Under the pieces are notes generated by a model. The model did no database searches and was not told where the DNA came from. It saw only the letters and a list, made by a program, of their open reading frames with translations. The position numbers and the translations under genes were made by a program. From contig NC_091470.1 of assembly GCF_036971445.1 (NCBI RefSeq), positions 313,224,001 to 313,288,000 of the forward strand: a DNA stretch of 64,000 nt. Reading direction: 5' to 3'. Numbering within the stretch: position 1 is the stretch's first letter; the number at the start of each line of letters is the position of its first letter. This document shows, in pieces, positions 50,006 through 62,320 of this stretch. This DNA is from Narcine bancroftii (lineage: Eukaryota).

Positions 50006-50222
50006 CTTTGCTAAAATCTTGAGGATCCAGGGACAGGCTATATCCATGTAATGTTTCTAACAACAGCTTGTAGCAAGCTCTCCACCCAGGATCAACAATC
50101 GATGGTGTTACACATTGCATTGCAGCTACACGTTTGAAGAAGGCAGCCTTACGATGAAATCCTATCAAATCATACAGCTCAGAAAGAATACTGTATCGTT
50201 GTATCTTCTCCTCTTCAGAAAG
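50006..50222 (-). CDS. TRAPPC9: TRAPPC9 coding exon (217 nt): [72 protein letters not shown](G)
   Basis: Acceptor ctttgTAG, donor AAAG|GTAAT, phase 0 to 1. Conserved TRAPPC9 peptide. Confidence 0.96.
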
Positions 50223-50516
50223 CTACAAAGTAGGACAAATAATGTAAATTCTAAACATATATTGATTAATTAGTGTGGAATGCAGACAAATAATTTTACT
50301 TGGTGTTTAGTACAAAGCACTAATTCTAATTTTAATTCTGGCAAGTATAAAGAAATTCCACAGGATAGGTCAAAAGAAGCAAGACTAGTAGCCTTGCAAA
50401 ACAATCAAAAGGCTTGAACATTCAAAACTAGAGGACAATCAAGTTTATTCTATGAAAGTCATGAAGTATCAAATGAGCTTTTCAATTATGAATTGAAAAA
50501 AAAATTAAAACTGTAC

Positions 50517-50642
50517 CTGGCCAAGATTGATGTACACAGCATTCTGAAGGAATTCGGAGGCTTCCATACTTTTCTTCTGAATGGCCAGCACCCTAACAGC
50601 CTTCACACATGCTTCTAGTTCAATCACACCAGCATTTTTGTA
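50517..50642 (-). CDS. TRAPPC9: TRAPPC9 coding exon (126 nt): [42 protein letters not shown]
   Basis: Acceptor ttaCAG, donor CAG|GTACAG, 42 codons, phase 0/0. Directly continues the previous exon's peptide. Confidence 0.96.
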
Positions 50643-51099
50643 CTGTAAAGTAGCATTAATGTAAACCATTTTACATTGTGCTGTATATTTCCTCCTCCTC
50701 AAAATAAAACTACATTCTAATTAATTCAAACATTGCGGCTAATTCATGATAAACATCAAAGTTCCTATAATCCAAATTACTAGTTCATTTACCATCAAAA
50801 CTTATTACTGACTGATTTGAAATATTTGATAATACCAAATCCAAATGGGCCATTATTGTTCAAATATATAAAGCATACAATTCAGCAGATGTCACCTTCA
50901 AAATGTGAATTAATAAAAATTCATTGAATATTTAGAGAGAACATTCAATTGAGAAAAATTTTGTGCCATTATATACAGACCTCCAGGTATTTTAAGTTAA
51001 ATTAGTGAAGCATGCATGCAGAACATATTTATTCTTCGAGAAAATTGACAATTTTGCCACACAACAGTTACTCTTAGATTCCAAGTCACATGTAACATT

Positions 51100-51395
51100 A
51101 CTGGGTAGCATAACTGCACAAACAGAACAGCTGTTGCCTCACGTCTCCACACCCCATGGCCTCATCCTGAGTTTGGGTCTTGCCTACGTGGAGTTTCCAT
51201 ACTTGCTCCATGATCAAATGGTTTATCTCCAACTGCTCTAGCTTCTTCCCACATCCCAAAGACACATGGATGGGTAGGTTAATTACACAGATAAAGCGGC
51301 CCCGGTGTGGTAAAGTCTGGAGGGAGTTGACCAGTATGTGGAGAACACAATAGTTGCTTGATTGTTGGCACTGATCAAATGGGCCAAATGGCTGC
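51100..51395 (+). mobile_element. tRNA-derived SINE (old)
   Basis: Core ...gtggagttt...tgctctagcttcttcccacatcccaaagac followed by a CR1-like tail gggccaaatggc. Confidence 0.65.
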
Positions 51396-52593
51396 AAGAC
51401 GGACTATGTAACTCAAGCTGCCATCTAAAGATTTAAGTCAGTGAATTTACAGTTTTCCAGCAGCAGATAATACCTTACATAAATTAAAGAGAACAGAAGT
51501 GACATGACCAAGTTTAATTCACAAATGAACATACATTTGATAAATATCAATTTTCCTGTTGCTAAAATCCTCAGTAATATTGCAGATCATGCAAATGTCT
51601 GATTTTCAAAACACTTTTCAATTTGTGATTTGCTAAATGGAAATGACCATCAAACCACCATTGACAGATATTTGTTTAAATATCAGCCAATTCAAAATAG
51701 GCACCATCACAAATTGTAACATGCTTACTCTGCTCAACAGAACGACAGAGTCAGTTAAGAAGGGCAGACTGACTAACATTTTGAAAAATCAAATCTGCAT
51801 AGGCAGGAAACCTGCTCTTAAAACAAAAATTCTGGAAGTACTCAGCACAACAGACAACAGACAACAGTGTGGACAAAGAGTTGAAGTTTCAGGTCAAAGA
51901 TCCAGCATCAGAACTTATTGAGAACAAAACTTCCCACCTCCACACATCAAGTTGTAGCCTTTTCTACATTGTTGGCTTGAAGAGCTATTTTATTTAAATA
52001 GATAGATATGAATCCACCTACTTTGACTCAATGGTTCTCTCAAATTATGTCATGTTTCAGTTTAGAGAAAGTTAGGAGTCGTACAAGTGTGTTAAATTTG
52101 AGGAGTCTTGGCGACCTTTTATAAAATATTTCCACATGACTTAGTATAATTATTTTCCCTTCCAGACTATATTTAATTTTATTTCTTCTCTCTTCTCTCT
52201 TTGGGGTGATGAGAACATATTTGTTCATTGTGGTGTCATCCAATGTTATATCATATGATGTCATATAGTGATTTTTTTTCCCCCTTTCTGATTATGTGCT
52301 CCTATTCTCCCAATGTATTTTTTTTACCTATGATTACTAACAAGAATGAAAGAAATAGAGAACAAAACATTCATTATAATTTACAGAGATGGCGAGGTAA
52401 GGATGGATAAGACAAAGGGAAATTCTGTGATGGGGTGAGCCCAGAGTTGCAATGGGAATATGTTGTTAAGGTTATACAGTTGATGGGTTAATGGAGTTAA
52501 AGAAAATTGCAAAATTAGCTGTGAGATCAATTAGAAAATGAGACTAAAAACAAATAAATGTGGATCGATGTACAATGCAGGCTGTAGGGCATA

Positions 52594-54096
52594 CACAGGC
52601 ATGCAAATGTTTGGGTACTCCTGGTCAAAACTTCTGTTTCTTTGAATAGTTAAGTGAGTAGAAGATAACTGATCTCCAAAAGTTAAATATGAAACATTCT
52701 ATTACACATTTTAAGCAAGATTCATGTATTATTTTTGTTTTGTACAATTTTAGAGTTGAAAAAAAAAAGGAAAGGAGCATCCCAAGAGATTTGAGCTCTC
52801 AGATAACTTTTACCAAGGTCTCCGACCTTAATTAGCTTGTTCACAGTCATCTTTAGGAAAGCCCAGGTGATACATATTTCAAAGCTTTATAATTATTCTG
52901 ACTCCTCAAACCTCGCACCTAACATTCTGAAAATTAAAATAAATGGTGCCTGCAAAGCAGAAGGCGGCTATAAGAAGATAGCCAAGCATTTTCAGGTGGC
53001 CATTTCCTCAGTTCATGAAGTAATTAGGAAATGACAGTTAACAGGAATTGTGGAGGTTGAGTTGAGGTCTGGACGACCAAGAAAACTTAGAGAGAACTGT
53101 TCGTACGATTGCTAGAAAGGCAAATCAAACCCCTTCCCCCACCGCCCCCCCCAACCCCCATTTGTCTGTAAAAGACCTTCAGGAAGATTTAGCAGACTCT
53201 GGAGTGGTGGTGCACTCTTCTGCTGTCCAGCTACACTTGCACAAATATAACCTTCATGTAAGAGTTATCAAAAGAATACCTTTCCTGCATCCTCACCACA
53301 AAATGCAGTGTCAAAGTTTGCAATGGAACATCTAAACAAGCCTGATGCATTTTGGAAACAAATCCTGTGGACTGTTGAAGCTAAAAGGCATGTTTGGAGA
53401 AAAAAAAAGGTGCAGAATTTTATAAAAAGAACACCTCTCCAACTGTTAAGCACAGGGGTTAATTGACCATGCTTTGGGCTTGTGTTGCAGTCAGTGACGG
53501 GGGAATATTTCACTGGTAGAGGGAAGAATGAATTCAATTAAATACCAACAAATTCTGGAAGCAATCACACTGTCTGTAAAAAAAGCTGAAGATGAAAAAA
53601 GGATGGCTTTTACAAAAGGATAATGATCCTAAGTACACCTCAAAATCCACAATGGACTACCTCAAGAGGTGTAAGCTGAAGGTTTTGACACGACCCTCAC
53701 CGTCCCCCAACCTAAACATCAAAAATCTGTGTATAGTCCTCAAATGAGCAGTGCATGCAAGATGGCTCAAGAATCTCACAGAACTAGAAGCCTTTTGCAA
53801 GAAAGAATGGGTGAAAATTTCCCAAACAAAAATTGAAAGACTCTTAGCTGGCTACAGAAAGTGTTTACAAGTTGCGATACTTGCCAAAGAAGGTGTTACT
53901 AAATAATGGCCACAAAGGGTGCCCAAACCTTTGCTTCGGGCCTTTTTCATTTTTTGTTATTTTGAAACTATAAAAGATGGAAATAAAAAAGTAACCTTGC
54001 TTAAAATATTAAAGAAATGTTTAATCTTTTACTCACTTAGCTATTCAAAGTAACAGAAATTTTGACCAGGGGTGTCCAAGTTTTTGCATACCACTT
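52594..54096 (+). mobile_element. Tc1-like DNA transposon with decayed transposase
   Basis: TIRs: gcatgcaaatgtttgggtactcctggtcaaaacttctgtt...aatagttaagtgagta versus tactcacttagctatt..aacagaaattttgaccaggggtgtccaagtttttgcat. Peptides GYKKIAKHFQVAISSV and QKDNDPKYTSKST...PSPSPNLN. Confidence 0.92.
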
Positions 54097-54965
54097 TTTC
54101 CACCAGTCAGCCCGTGTCATTGGAAAAATTAAAATTGAGACCACACCACAGATGGATGACTTACAGGAGAAAAGTTCAGTTTTGATTCAGACAGAGTAAG
54201 TGAGTTTCATTGCCTGAACCATGTTGTAACGAAAGAAAAAATGCTGTTTCAGAAACTTGCATGGACACTGTTATAACAGTTTTAGACTGCAGATAGGTTA
54301 AAAGGAGTAGAATAAAGAATTAATATCACAAACAACAGGAGCTCCACTGAGAATTGTTTTAGTCATTGTGACCCGAGCTGCTGAAATCAAGCTGAAGCAC
54401 CATTGGCATTATCTGCATTCTTTCACTGGGTTTAAAAATTTCCAATGTTAAAGGTTCAAAGTCCTCAAATGTCTATACAATGTACTAGTTTAATTATGTT
54501 TTATGATGATCGTTTCTTTCTAAACAGTCTAAATTGACAGAAGACCAATCAACAATTTACACAACATTTTAAAATACTATTCTGCACAAAAGAGTTTCTT
54601 ATTAAAGTTTCAATTCTGTGAAAGTGCACTGATGGGGGAAGGGGTAGAGAGCAACTCAGTCTGATGTGACTTATTAAACACCTTATGGTCTTTTTTGTCT
54701 AAAATTTTCACTTTTAAAAAAAAATAAAAGATTCTGTAAAATTGGAGTTTATCAAATTTTCTGCTAAAAGTTATATAATCAATGCTTTATGAAGATTTCC
54801 CAAGACAAATCAAGATCTGTTTATGTCAAAGAAATGCATTCAAGGTTATGGCATTTTTGAAAATACAATTCAATGCATTAAAACTTCAAATGAAAAGATG
54901 CATTGAATTTCAATAATGAATGAATGCCACAGAAATCTCAAATTTGCAACAAGTTTCATGATTAC

Positions 54966-55087
54966 CTTCCCAAAGTAAGAAATGGCTTCCTTGTATTTGT
55001 CAATAATATCCTCGGGACTCAAACAGTTCTTCGCTCTTCCAATCTCTGCACTAGTGTCTGCGCTGATACCATTTGTTGTCAATGCAC
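54966..55087 (-). CDS. TRAPPC9: TRAPPC9 internal coding exon (122 nt): (G)[40 protein letters not shown]
   Basis: Peptide matches vertebrate TRAPPC9 as recalled ([38 protein letters not shown]). Acceptor ttcTAG, donor AAG|GTAAT, phase 1 to phase 0. Confidence 0.96.
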
Positions 55088-55699
55088 CTAGAAGTTTAAA
55101 AAAGCATTGAAAAGGCATGTGCAAATCTTAATTTTTTCCAACCCAGCAACAAAAAAAGGCAACAACGCATTCATTTTCACACCCAATACACTTCATGAAT
55201 TATTTTCCAGACAAAGACCAACACAGGCTACTTTCCTTTCTGCAAGCATTAAATAAAACATTAAGTAATGGCACTACAAAATCCTTGGCAATGAGCAGTT
55301 GGGTGGTATGTTACTCAAATTTATGGTGAAAAGTAGGGCTTTTCAACTTTTGTTTTTTGCTAGCTCATAGATTAGACAAAATGAGTTGACAGAATAAGGG
55401 CTCCATAATGCAAAGTCCATGATAACGAATAACTAAGACTAAAATGTCATTCTCTACACATTCTCCTTCCACACTTTGCTTTGGAAATACTATTCACAAA
55501 ATTGCATTATCAAGAGTTCGACAATTGAACAAGCTATGGAAATGGTCCAATACTCGAGAGAAAGAAATGGTACTTTCAAGTCAATTTTTCCCCAGAGTCC
55601 ACAAAAGCCACAAAGAAGGAATTGATAAAGCATGCAGTTGCATGCCTTTGCGACAGAATACAGTACAGTAAAGAGAACATGCATTCAGTGACTAAGAAC

Positions 55700-58470
55700 T
55701 ATATAACTTGGGTAGAACAAGCTGCATTGCATGCAAGATAACAAGCCAGGCAAGTTTCCTGTCACAATTGGATCTCCCAAATTTGAATTTCAAAGAAAGG
55801 GAAGTGTTGAATGCTCATTTTACTCAAATTGAGATAGGGGAACCATTAGCCTCCTTGCAAATTAATAAATCCTGGGAGAGGACAGATTTCCACTGGAATT
55901 TTATAAATAATTTAAAGATTTATTAATACCTCTGCTTATGGAGGTATTAGATCAGGCACAGCCTCCTGGAGTCCTTTTTGACTGCAGTTATTACGGTGAT
56001 TTCCAAATAAGATAAGGATTCCCTGAAACCGTCATTTTATAATCACTTTTGAATATGGACTATAAGACTATTGCAAAAGCTTTGGCAAATAGATTAGCAT
56101 TTACTAATTTAGGCAAATAAGTTGCCAATCAAACTGGCTTTGTGCAGGGGAGGCAATCAGCAGACAATGTCTGAATATACATCTGATACAAACAAGAGAT
56201 GACTTGAGTGTCGCCATGGCTCTAGATGCAGAGAAAGCCCTTGACAGACTGGAGTTGGGCTTTTTATTCAAAGTTCTGCAACACTTTGGACTAGAACAAA
56301 CATTTATTAATTGGGTTAGAGCTCTATATTCTGAGCCTAAAGCTAAAGTGATAACTAATGGTCAAATTTCAGCAGCACTCCCAATGTCCACATCTAGAAG
56401 ACAAGGTTGTCCATTATCTCCGTCTTTCTCTCCTGGCTATTGAACTGTTAGCGGAATCCATCTGTCCAGATCCAGAATCAATCAGGAAGAATATAAAATT
56501 AATTTATTTACTGATTTACTTGACAGAATCAGTTAACTCATTACAAAAATTGCCATCTAGCTTTTATTGGGTTATAAAGTCAATTGGGACAAGAGCAAAG
56601 TTATGCCACTTACAGCTGAGAATTATGAACAAATTAAGAGAAATTCTCAATTTAAGTGGCTGCTCAATGAGATTAAATATTTAGATATTAAGGTAGATAA
56701 CAACCTGCAGAATTAAAGTTGAAATATCTTCCCTTGCTTCGGAAAATTCAGGATGATCTTAGTAAATGTGCTGCCTAAAGTACAAGATTCTTTTCAAAGT
56801 TTGCCTGTTCCTATACCTCAAATTCTTTCAAAACCTTAATAAATGCATCGGAAAGTTTCTGTGGAAAGGTAAGCCTTTCAAGAGACTCTTGATAAATTAA
56901 CTTGAAATTATGAATTGGGAGGATTAACACTCCCAGATTTCAAAAATTATTTTTGGGCAACCCAATTGAAGTTTCTTATCTCCCGCGTTGACAGAGGAGT
57001 AAAAGTGGAGTTATATAAGGTTTGTGCGGGGATAGCAGAAAACCTTTAAATGGAATTTTAAATTATTATCTGGCCCTAAAGAAGCCCCCCTATTAAAGCA
57101 TATAATTACAATATGGAATAAAATTAATTGTCAAAATGGGGTCAAGGGGGAGGGTCTTTCACCCAAAACACCCCTGGCTCAAAATAATTCCATTAACGAT
57201 TGTTAATAAAATCCTGGATACATGGTCCCAGAGAGGGGTCAAGTGTATTGAGGATTGTTATGAGCAGGGACAATTTATGACATTTCAGCAAATTAGGAAT
57301 AAATAGGGAGTTTGAAATACATCTTTTTTTCCTGCGATCTAAGTAAAGATCTTATTTACAGGACAAATTAGGTCCAGCACTAACCTTACCACAGTGCAGC
57401 GAAATTATTTCAAAAATGTATTCTTTACTTCAGGCAGGAACCCCTAAACAAGGGCTTGATAAATCAAGACAAAGGTGGGAATCAGATTTGGGTATAGAAA
57501 TTGATCCATTTTGCTGGTCCAACTTATGACGGGACATCATAATGAACACGATCAATGCAAGATATCAACTGGTGCAATACAACTTTTAGCATCAGATTTC
57601 CCTCACTCCACAAAAATTACATAAATTGAAATCGGAAATATCAAACTTTCTTGCATTCAACCTGGTCATGCCCTAAAGTGAGGCCTTTCTGGAAAGATTA
57701 GGGTAATCTCCTGGGGGAAAAAAATTACTGGAATTCAATACCCTCAGGCACCTGAATTATTTTTATTGGGGAATTTAGAAGACACGAGACCTAAAATGAG
57801 GCTGTTGAAATATCAATTAAAATTCATTAAGATCACTTTAGCAGTGACCAGGAAATGCATAGAAGTTACTTGGAAATCTGATTCCCAATTAGGTTTAGCC
57901 TAATTGGAAGATAAAAATGCATAATTGTGTTCCCCTGGAGAAGATCGCCTATAACCTCAGAAACAGATAGGATGTATTTTCAAGAATATGGAATTCATAC
58001 CCAATGTAAATCGGAGTAAACCTTTAACGATTCCTTCCTCCTGTCTTTTGCCCTGGTGCTCGCAGAACTGATGACCCTAGATACGTCAGGTTATTTGTCC
58101 CTTGATGGGAGTGGGGTTTATCCTTGGTGAAGCCAATCTTTTCTTTTTCTTTCTCTTCTTATTTCTTGAGGGGTGGGTGGGTTCCTTTTATTTTGTTCTT
58201 CTTTCTCTCTATTATCTTTCTATTATCTTTTCCTTCCTTTGGTTCAATATGGACATTGAATTTGCATTTTTGTGGTATTACTGTAATTCTTTTGTTTATA
58301 ATAATCGAAAGACATGTTGACTTTTTTCTCACTTTCTTTAATATTGACATGTGGATCGATATTTGCATTATTTTGTTAATATTATTGATATTGATGTTTT
58401 TCTTTTTGATTATTCTTCATTTTGACTTCATGCTGATTGAAAATTCTCAAATTAAAATATTCAAAAAAAT
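55700..58470 (+). mobile_element. 5'-truncated L1 (ORF2 RT to 3' UTR), decayed
   Basis: ALDAEKALDR..FLFKVL..FG...RQGCPLSP and GGLTLPDFKNYFWA peptides; A-rich end. Confidence 0.88.
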
Positions 58471-58719
58471 ATATCAAGCCAGGCTTCAGACCTCCAGAAT
58501 AAAGCACAAATCATTAAAGTTGGTCTTAAAACCCATTTCCAATGATTAGGCAACCAAGAATAAATATCCAAAAGTTACACGGTAAGTATTTTGGCTGTTC
58601 CTGGAATAAATAAGGTGTTGTGCATCTTCAACTACAACCTTATCACCAAATAAAGAGCAAACAACATTTTACAACTCTAAATAAATTATTTGAGACAAAC
58701 TGATAAGATATTGAATCAA

Positions 58720-59105
58720 CTGAACCACAGAATACTGCCACACAGGAAAAGCCCCTTCAGACCATCTCGTCTATGTCATGTCCAATCGACCTGCATCCAG
58801 AACCATAGCCTCCATACGCTCCCATCTATGTCCCTACCTTGAATTCAAACCCACATCCACTTCTGCTGGCAACTTGTTTCACACTCTCACCACTCTGAGT
58901 GAAGAAGTTCCCCTAAGGTAACTCTTAAATATTTAACCTTTCATCTTTAACTCATGTCCTCTTGTTCTTGTCTCACCCAACCTCAATTTAAAAAGCCTGC
59001 TTACATACATCTTGTCTATTTCCTTCATAATTGTATTCACCTATCAAATTTTCCCTCATTCCCAGACACTCTACTTTCCAGTAGGTAGGTGACCAAAACT
59101 GCACC
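58720..59105 (-). mobile_element. CR1 LINE 3' end
   Basis: ctctgagtgaagaagttcccc...taactcatgtcctcttgtt matches window positions 1-75. Confidence 0.8.
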
Positions 59106-60737
59106 CAGGAAAGACATTTCCTGAAAACTGATAACATGCCTCAAACCTAACATGATGGTGGCACTGCTGTGGTTGCCTGCCACTGGTGCAGACTCACGAA
59201 GAATGGAGAGCAGAGCCAAAACCTTCAGTGGCTCCTCTACAGAGTTCTATTGCCTGAATGTTCCATCCAATGGCTCCATGCAGATTGAACTTGCCTATAG
59301 ACAGGGCAATATTTGCAAAGATTTCCTCAGAGTCCAGATCAAAGATGTCAACGATATTCGACAGCCCAGGATTCAAGGGTTCCAGGAGCTGAGGAAGCAA
59401 TGGGTTTCCACAGGGTAATAGAGTGGCCACAAAGGAGAAGCCTTGGAAAGGAACCTAGTCAGTAGGAAACCACAGTAGCAGAACTTGGGGCTCAGCAGTT
59501 AAAGCTTCATAGCAGACTAGTGGTGGCCTGCTTCTGAAAACCAGGTACTAAGTCTCAGATTTAAGTAGGTGCGATGTAACCGTAGTTCCCAAAATAGCCT
59601 TGTGCGGCAACAGCTTCCAAACACTTTAACAGTTCAGAATCAAGGATCAAGGAGGCGCAACTCTGATGCCTTGAACTTGGGTTCTTCACTGGAGAGGGCA
59701 GGCTGGAGAGCAAAGGAAATTATGGAGGTACAGGAGACAGCAGGATCCATGGACAGGATCTGAATGGACTCTCTTTTGCTTCTCTGCCTTCTCTTTATAA
59801 TAGCACTGCATTAATAGTGCCTCTGTAGGTCTTTGCAGGGAAATAAAGGAAAGATTTTTATGTGCATTATCAATGGAATTTTGAAAATGCATCAACTGTT
59901 AGTACTATAGTTATGTCAACGTACTGTGCTCTGAATTCAGTTTAACAAAAAATGGAATTTCCAAGACAGGAATCCTGCAAGTATGTGTAGCAACAGTGAT
60001 TATGACATTCTGAGAAATACATAGATCTTGGGTACAAATTTAATGTTCCTAATTGTTTACAACAGACACATTAAAAAGATAACCAATGGTAACTCAACAA
60101 CACAAATCTCTACCCTTCTTTGTTCCAGTGAAATCTATTGCAAATGCCAGCTGCTTACATGTACCTTTCACATTTCTGATCTGGGCAATGAGTTTAAAAA
60201 GTATCTGTTATAGTCAGTAAGTGCACCAGTTAATAATAAATCAAGATCTTAAAACCTTTTGCCTAACAGGATTAACATGAATGATGAAATCTCCAAGTTT
60301 AAACAATGCAACTTCAGAAGCTTATAAAACCCTTGTCCAGTTCATAATTTCTGCACTTTAAGTTTTCAACTCCCCTCCTCCCCCAAAAGTATAGTGCCAC
60401 AAACATGAGATACACTTGGCCAAACCATTGTCCAAAGACGCATTATGGTTAACTTACTTTTGTGATCCATTTGTAAAGCTCATGATCCCACTTAATTTCA
60501 CTACAATCTTGAAATTCACTGTATGACTACCTGCTCAAGGTTCCAGCATCTCTAATTCTTGATTATCATTAATTTTAGGAAGGGGAGTCCAAAAGATTAT
60601 TGATGGCATGTGAGTCCATATTTCAGAAGACCCTTTCCTGGAGCTAGCACATCGAGGCCTCTTGTATACCTTGAAGAAGGTATACTAATGCCGATACGTT
60701 GAGGAGATTCGCATGTTGTCGAATGCCCAAATCAAAC

Positions 60738-60741
<4 letters not shown>

Positions 60742-60824
<83 letters not shown>
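60742..60824. repeat. (CA)n microsatellite, about 41 units
   Basis: Perfect dinucleotide run. Confidence 0.98.
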
Positions 60825-60825
<1 letters not shown>

Positions 60826-61250
60826 GTGTGGAATATACTTACTGGTGGATCATAGTTTGCCAATTCAAGTGCCCAGGAACTCAGAAGGTTGCAGTTGGTT
60901 GCAATCATTACCAGGTCCATCAAAGTCTCTGACCTTTCATCCATTGAAGACATCCTGGTGAGAGGCTGCCTCTCAAAGAACCCCCGGCACAACATCTTCA
61001 TTGTTACCTTCATGAAGAAGGTACAGAAGACTAAAGAACAGCAGATCTTTTGGTTCAAGAACGATTCCTTTCCAATAGCTATCAGGCTCTTGGACGACCA
61101 CCTTGATACACTAATCATCGTAACTGTCTGGAGTGTTTTAACATCACATTCTTCTTGCACTATGGTAACGCCTTTTCATTTCATGTACAGTCTACTATTA
61201 TAGCTTTTTTTTCCTTTATTCAGTTCCTGTTCGACCTGCAGCAAAGTAGC
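60826..61250 (+). mobile_element. Rex1/Babar-like LINE 3' fragment
   Basis: VEY.LTG, LSSIEDI..RGCL and FKNDSFPIAIRLL peptides. Confidence 0.7.
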
Positions 61251-61559
61251 TTGTGGTACACCAGCACTGATTGGTCAATGCTTTGCATATAGGAGCAAGG
61301 GTGTTGCACTGCACTTGATGACGATGGGATTATACTTGGATTACTGTGTGCAGTTTTGGTTGCCCAACTACAGGAAAGATGTCACTGAGCTGGGAAGGGT
61401 GTAGAAAGACCAAATAGGGTAGAACTTTTCTTCTTGGAATGTAGGAGGCAGAGAGACAATCTTACAGAACATGCAAAATCAAGGAAGGCAGAGATAAGAT
61501 CGTCACTGTATTTTTGGCAACAGTGTTGAAGAACAAAGAGAGCTTGTGGGAAATTGACA

Positions 61560-62060
61560 GCCTTCATTCTGTCCACAGCAAGGTGTTCTCAGTGCCCAAC
61601 TATTTTAATTCCACACACCATTGTCACAATAAAATGCCTGTTCACAGTTTCATGTACTGCTAAATGAGTCCATCTACAAATTGAAGGAACAAAAACTGGC
61701 AGTCTCCAACCAGACAGCATTAATGGCACTTTCTCCAATTTCCATTAACTCAGTCCCTCGTGTCTCTCCTTCCCTATCCTTCTGTTTCATTTCTTCTAGA
61801 TCCCCACCTATCAAAAGAACTTCCCTCCTTTCAGTTTTCTCTTCTACCCCCTTACCGGCATCCTCCACCTCCCACACCTTAACTTGTGCTCCGTCCCGTT
61901 ACTTTCCCCCCCCCCCCCCCCTGCCACACCCACCTTTTTATTCAGACATCTGCTTATGTTTTCTTTATTCCTGATGAAGGGCCCAGGCCTGAAATGCTGA
62001 ATATCCTTTATTTCCTATGGATGCTTGTGACCTGCTGAATTCCCTGGTACATATGGATAT
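61560..62060 (+). mobile_element. Penelope-like 3' remnant with pLTR
   Basis: YFNSTHH..KLKEQ..GSLQPDSIN remnant; terminal cctatggatgcttgtgacctgctga. Confidence 0.75.
61966..62003 (+). ncRNA. Minimal type I hammerhead-ribozyme-like motif (degenerate cleavage site)
   Basis: TATTC-CTGATGA-AGG(gcccagg)CCT-GAAA-TGCT-GAATA: stem I TATTC/GAATA, intact CUGANGA and GAAA boxes, stem II AGG/CCT. Confidence 0.6.
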
Positions 62061-62074
62061 AAATTTTAGGTGGG

Positions 62075-62320
62075 AGGGAAAACATTTAAAAAAGGACTCA
62101 AAGGGACCCTTTCATCAAACAGAATGTAACTGGTATGTGAAATAAGCTACCAGAGGAAGTGAAAATTGTAGATGTGGGTTTAACAGCAATGTTTAAAAGG
62201 CATATACATAGGTACAAAAAATTCATAAGGTTCAGAGGAACATAGGCCAAATACAGGCAAATTGGACTAGATTCAGCACACACTTTAGTTGGCATGGACA
62301 AGTTAGGTCTGTCCATCTGT
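62075..62320 (+). mobile_element. CR1 LINE 3' tail fragment
   Basis: Resembles the CR1 3' ends at 6490-6700 and 28070-28320. Confidence 0.6.

Noticed and set aside
58102-58549. Hydrophobic F/I/L-rich ORFs resembling membrane proteins
   Set aside because: T-rich L1 3' UTR; compositional artefact.
60455-60482. Possible 21-nt minus-strand microexon (AG-CTTTACAAATGGATCACAAAA-GTAAGT) upstream of the 122-nt exon
   Set aside because: GAG acceptor without a polypyrimidine tract, and the peptide does not resemble the AQEVLIDP segment recalled from human TRAPPC9. No such microexon was found in 55088-64000; it may lie outside the window.
60664-60685. Hairpin gtatacctt-gaag-aaggtatac
   Set aside because: Overlaps a degenerate hammerhead-like pLTR motif already counted; too short to support a separate RNA gene.
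60699-61160. ORFs with THTHTH / CVCVCV runs
   Set aside because: Translation of the (CA)n microsatellite.
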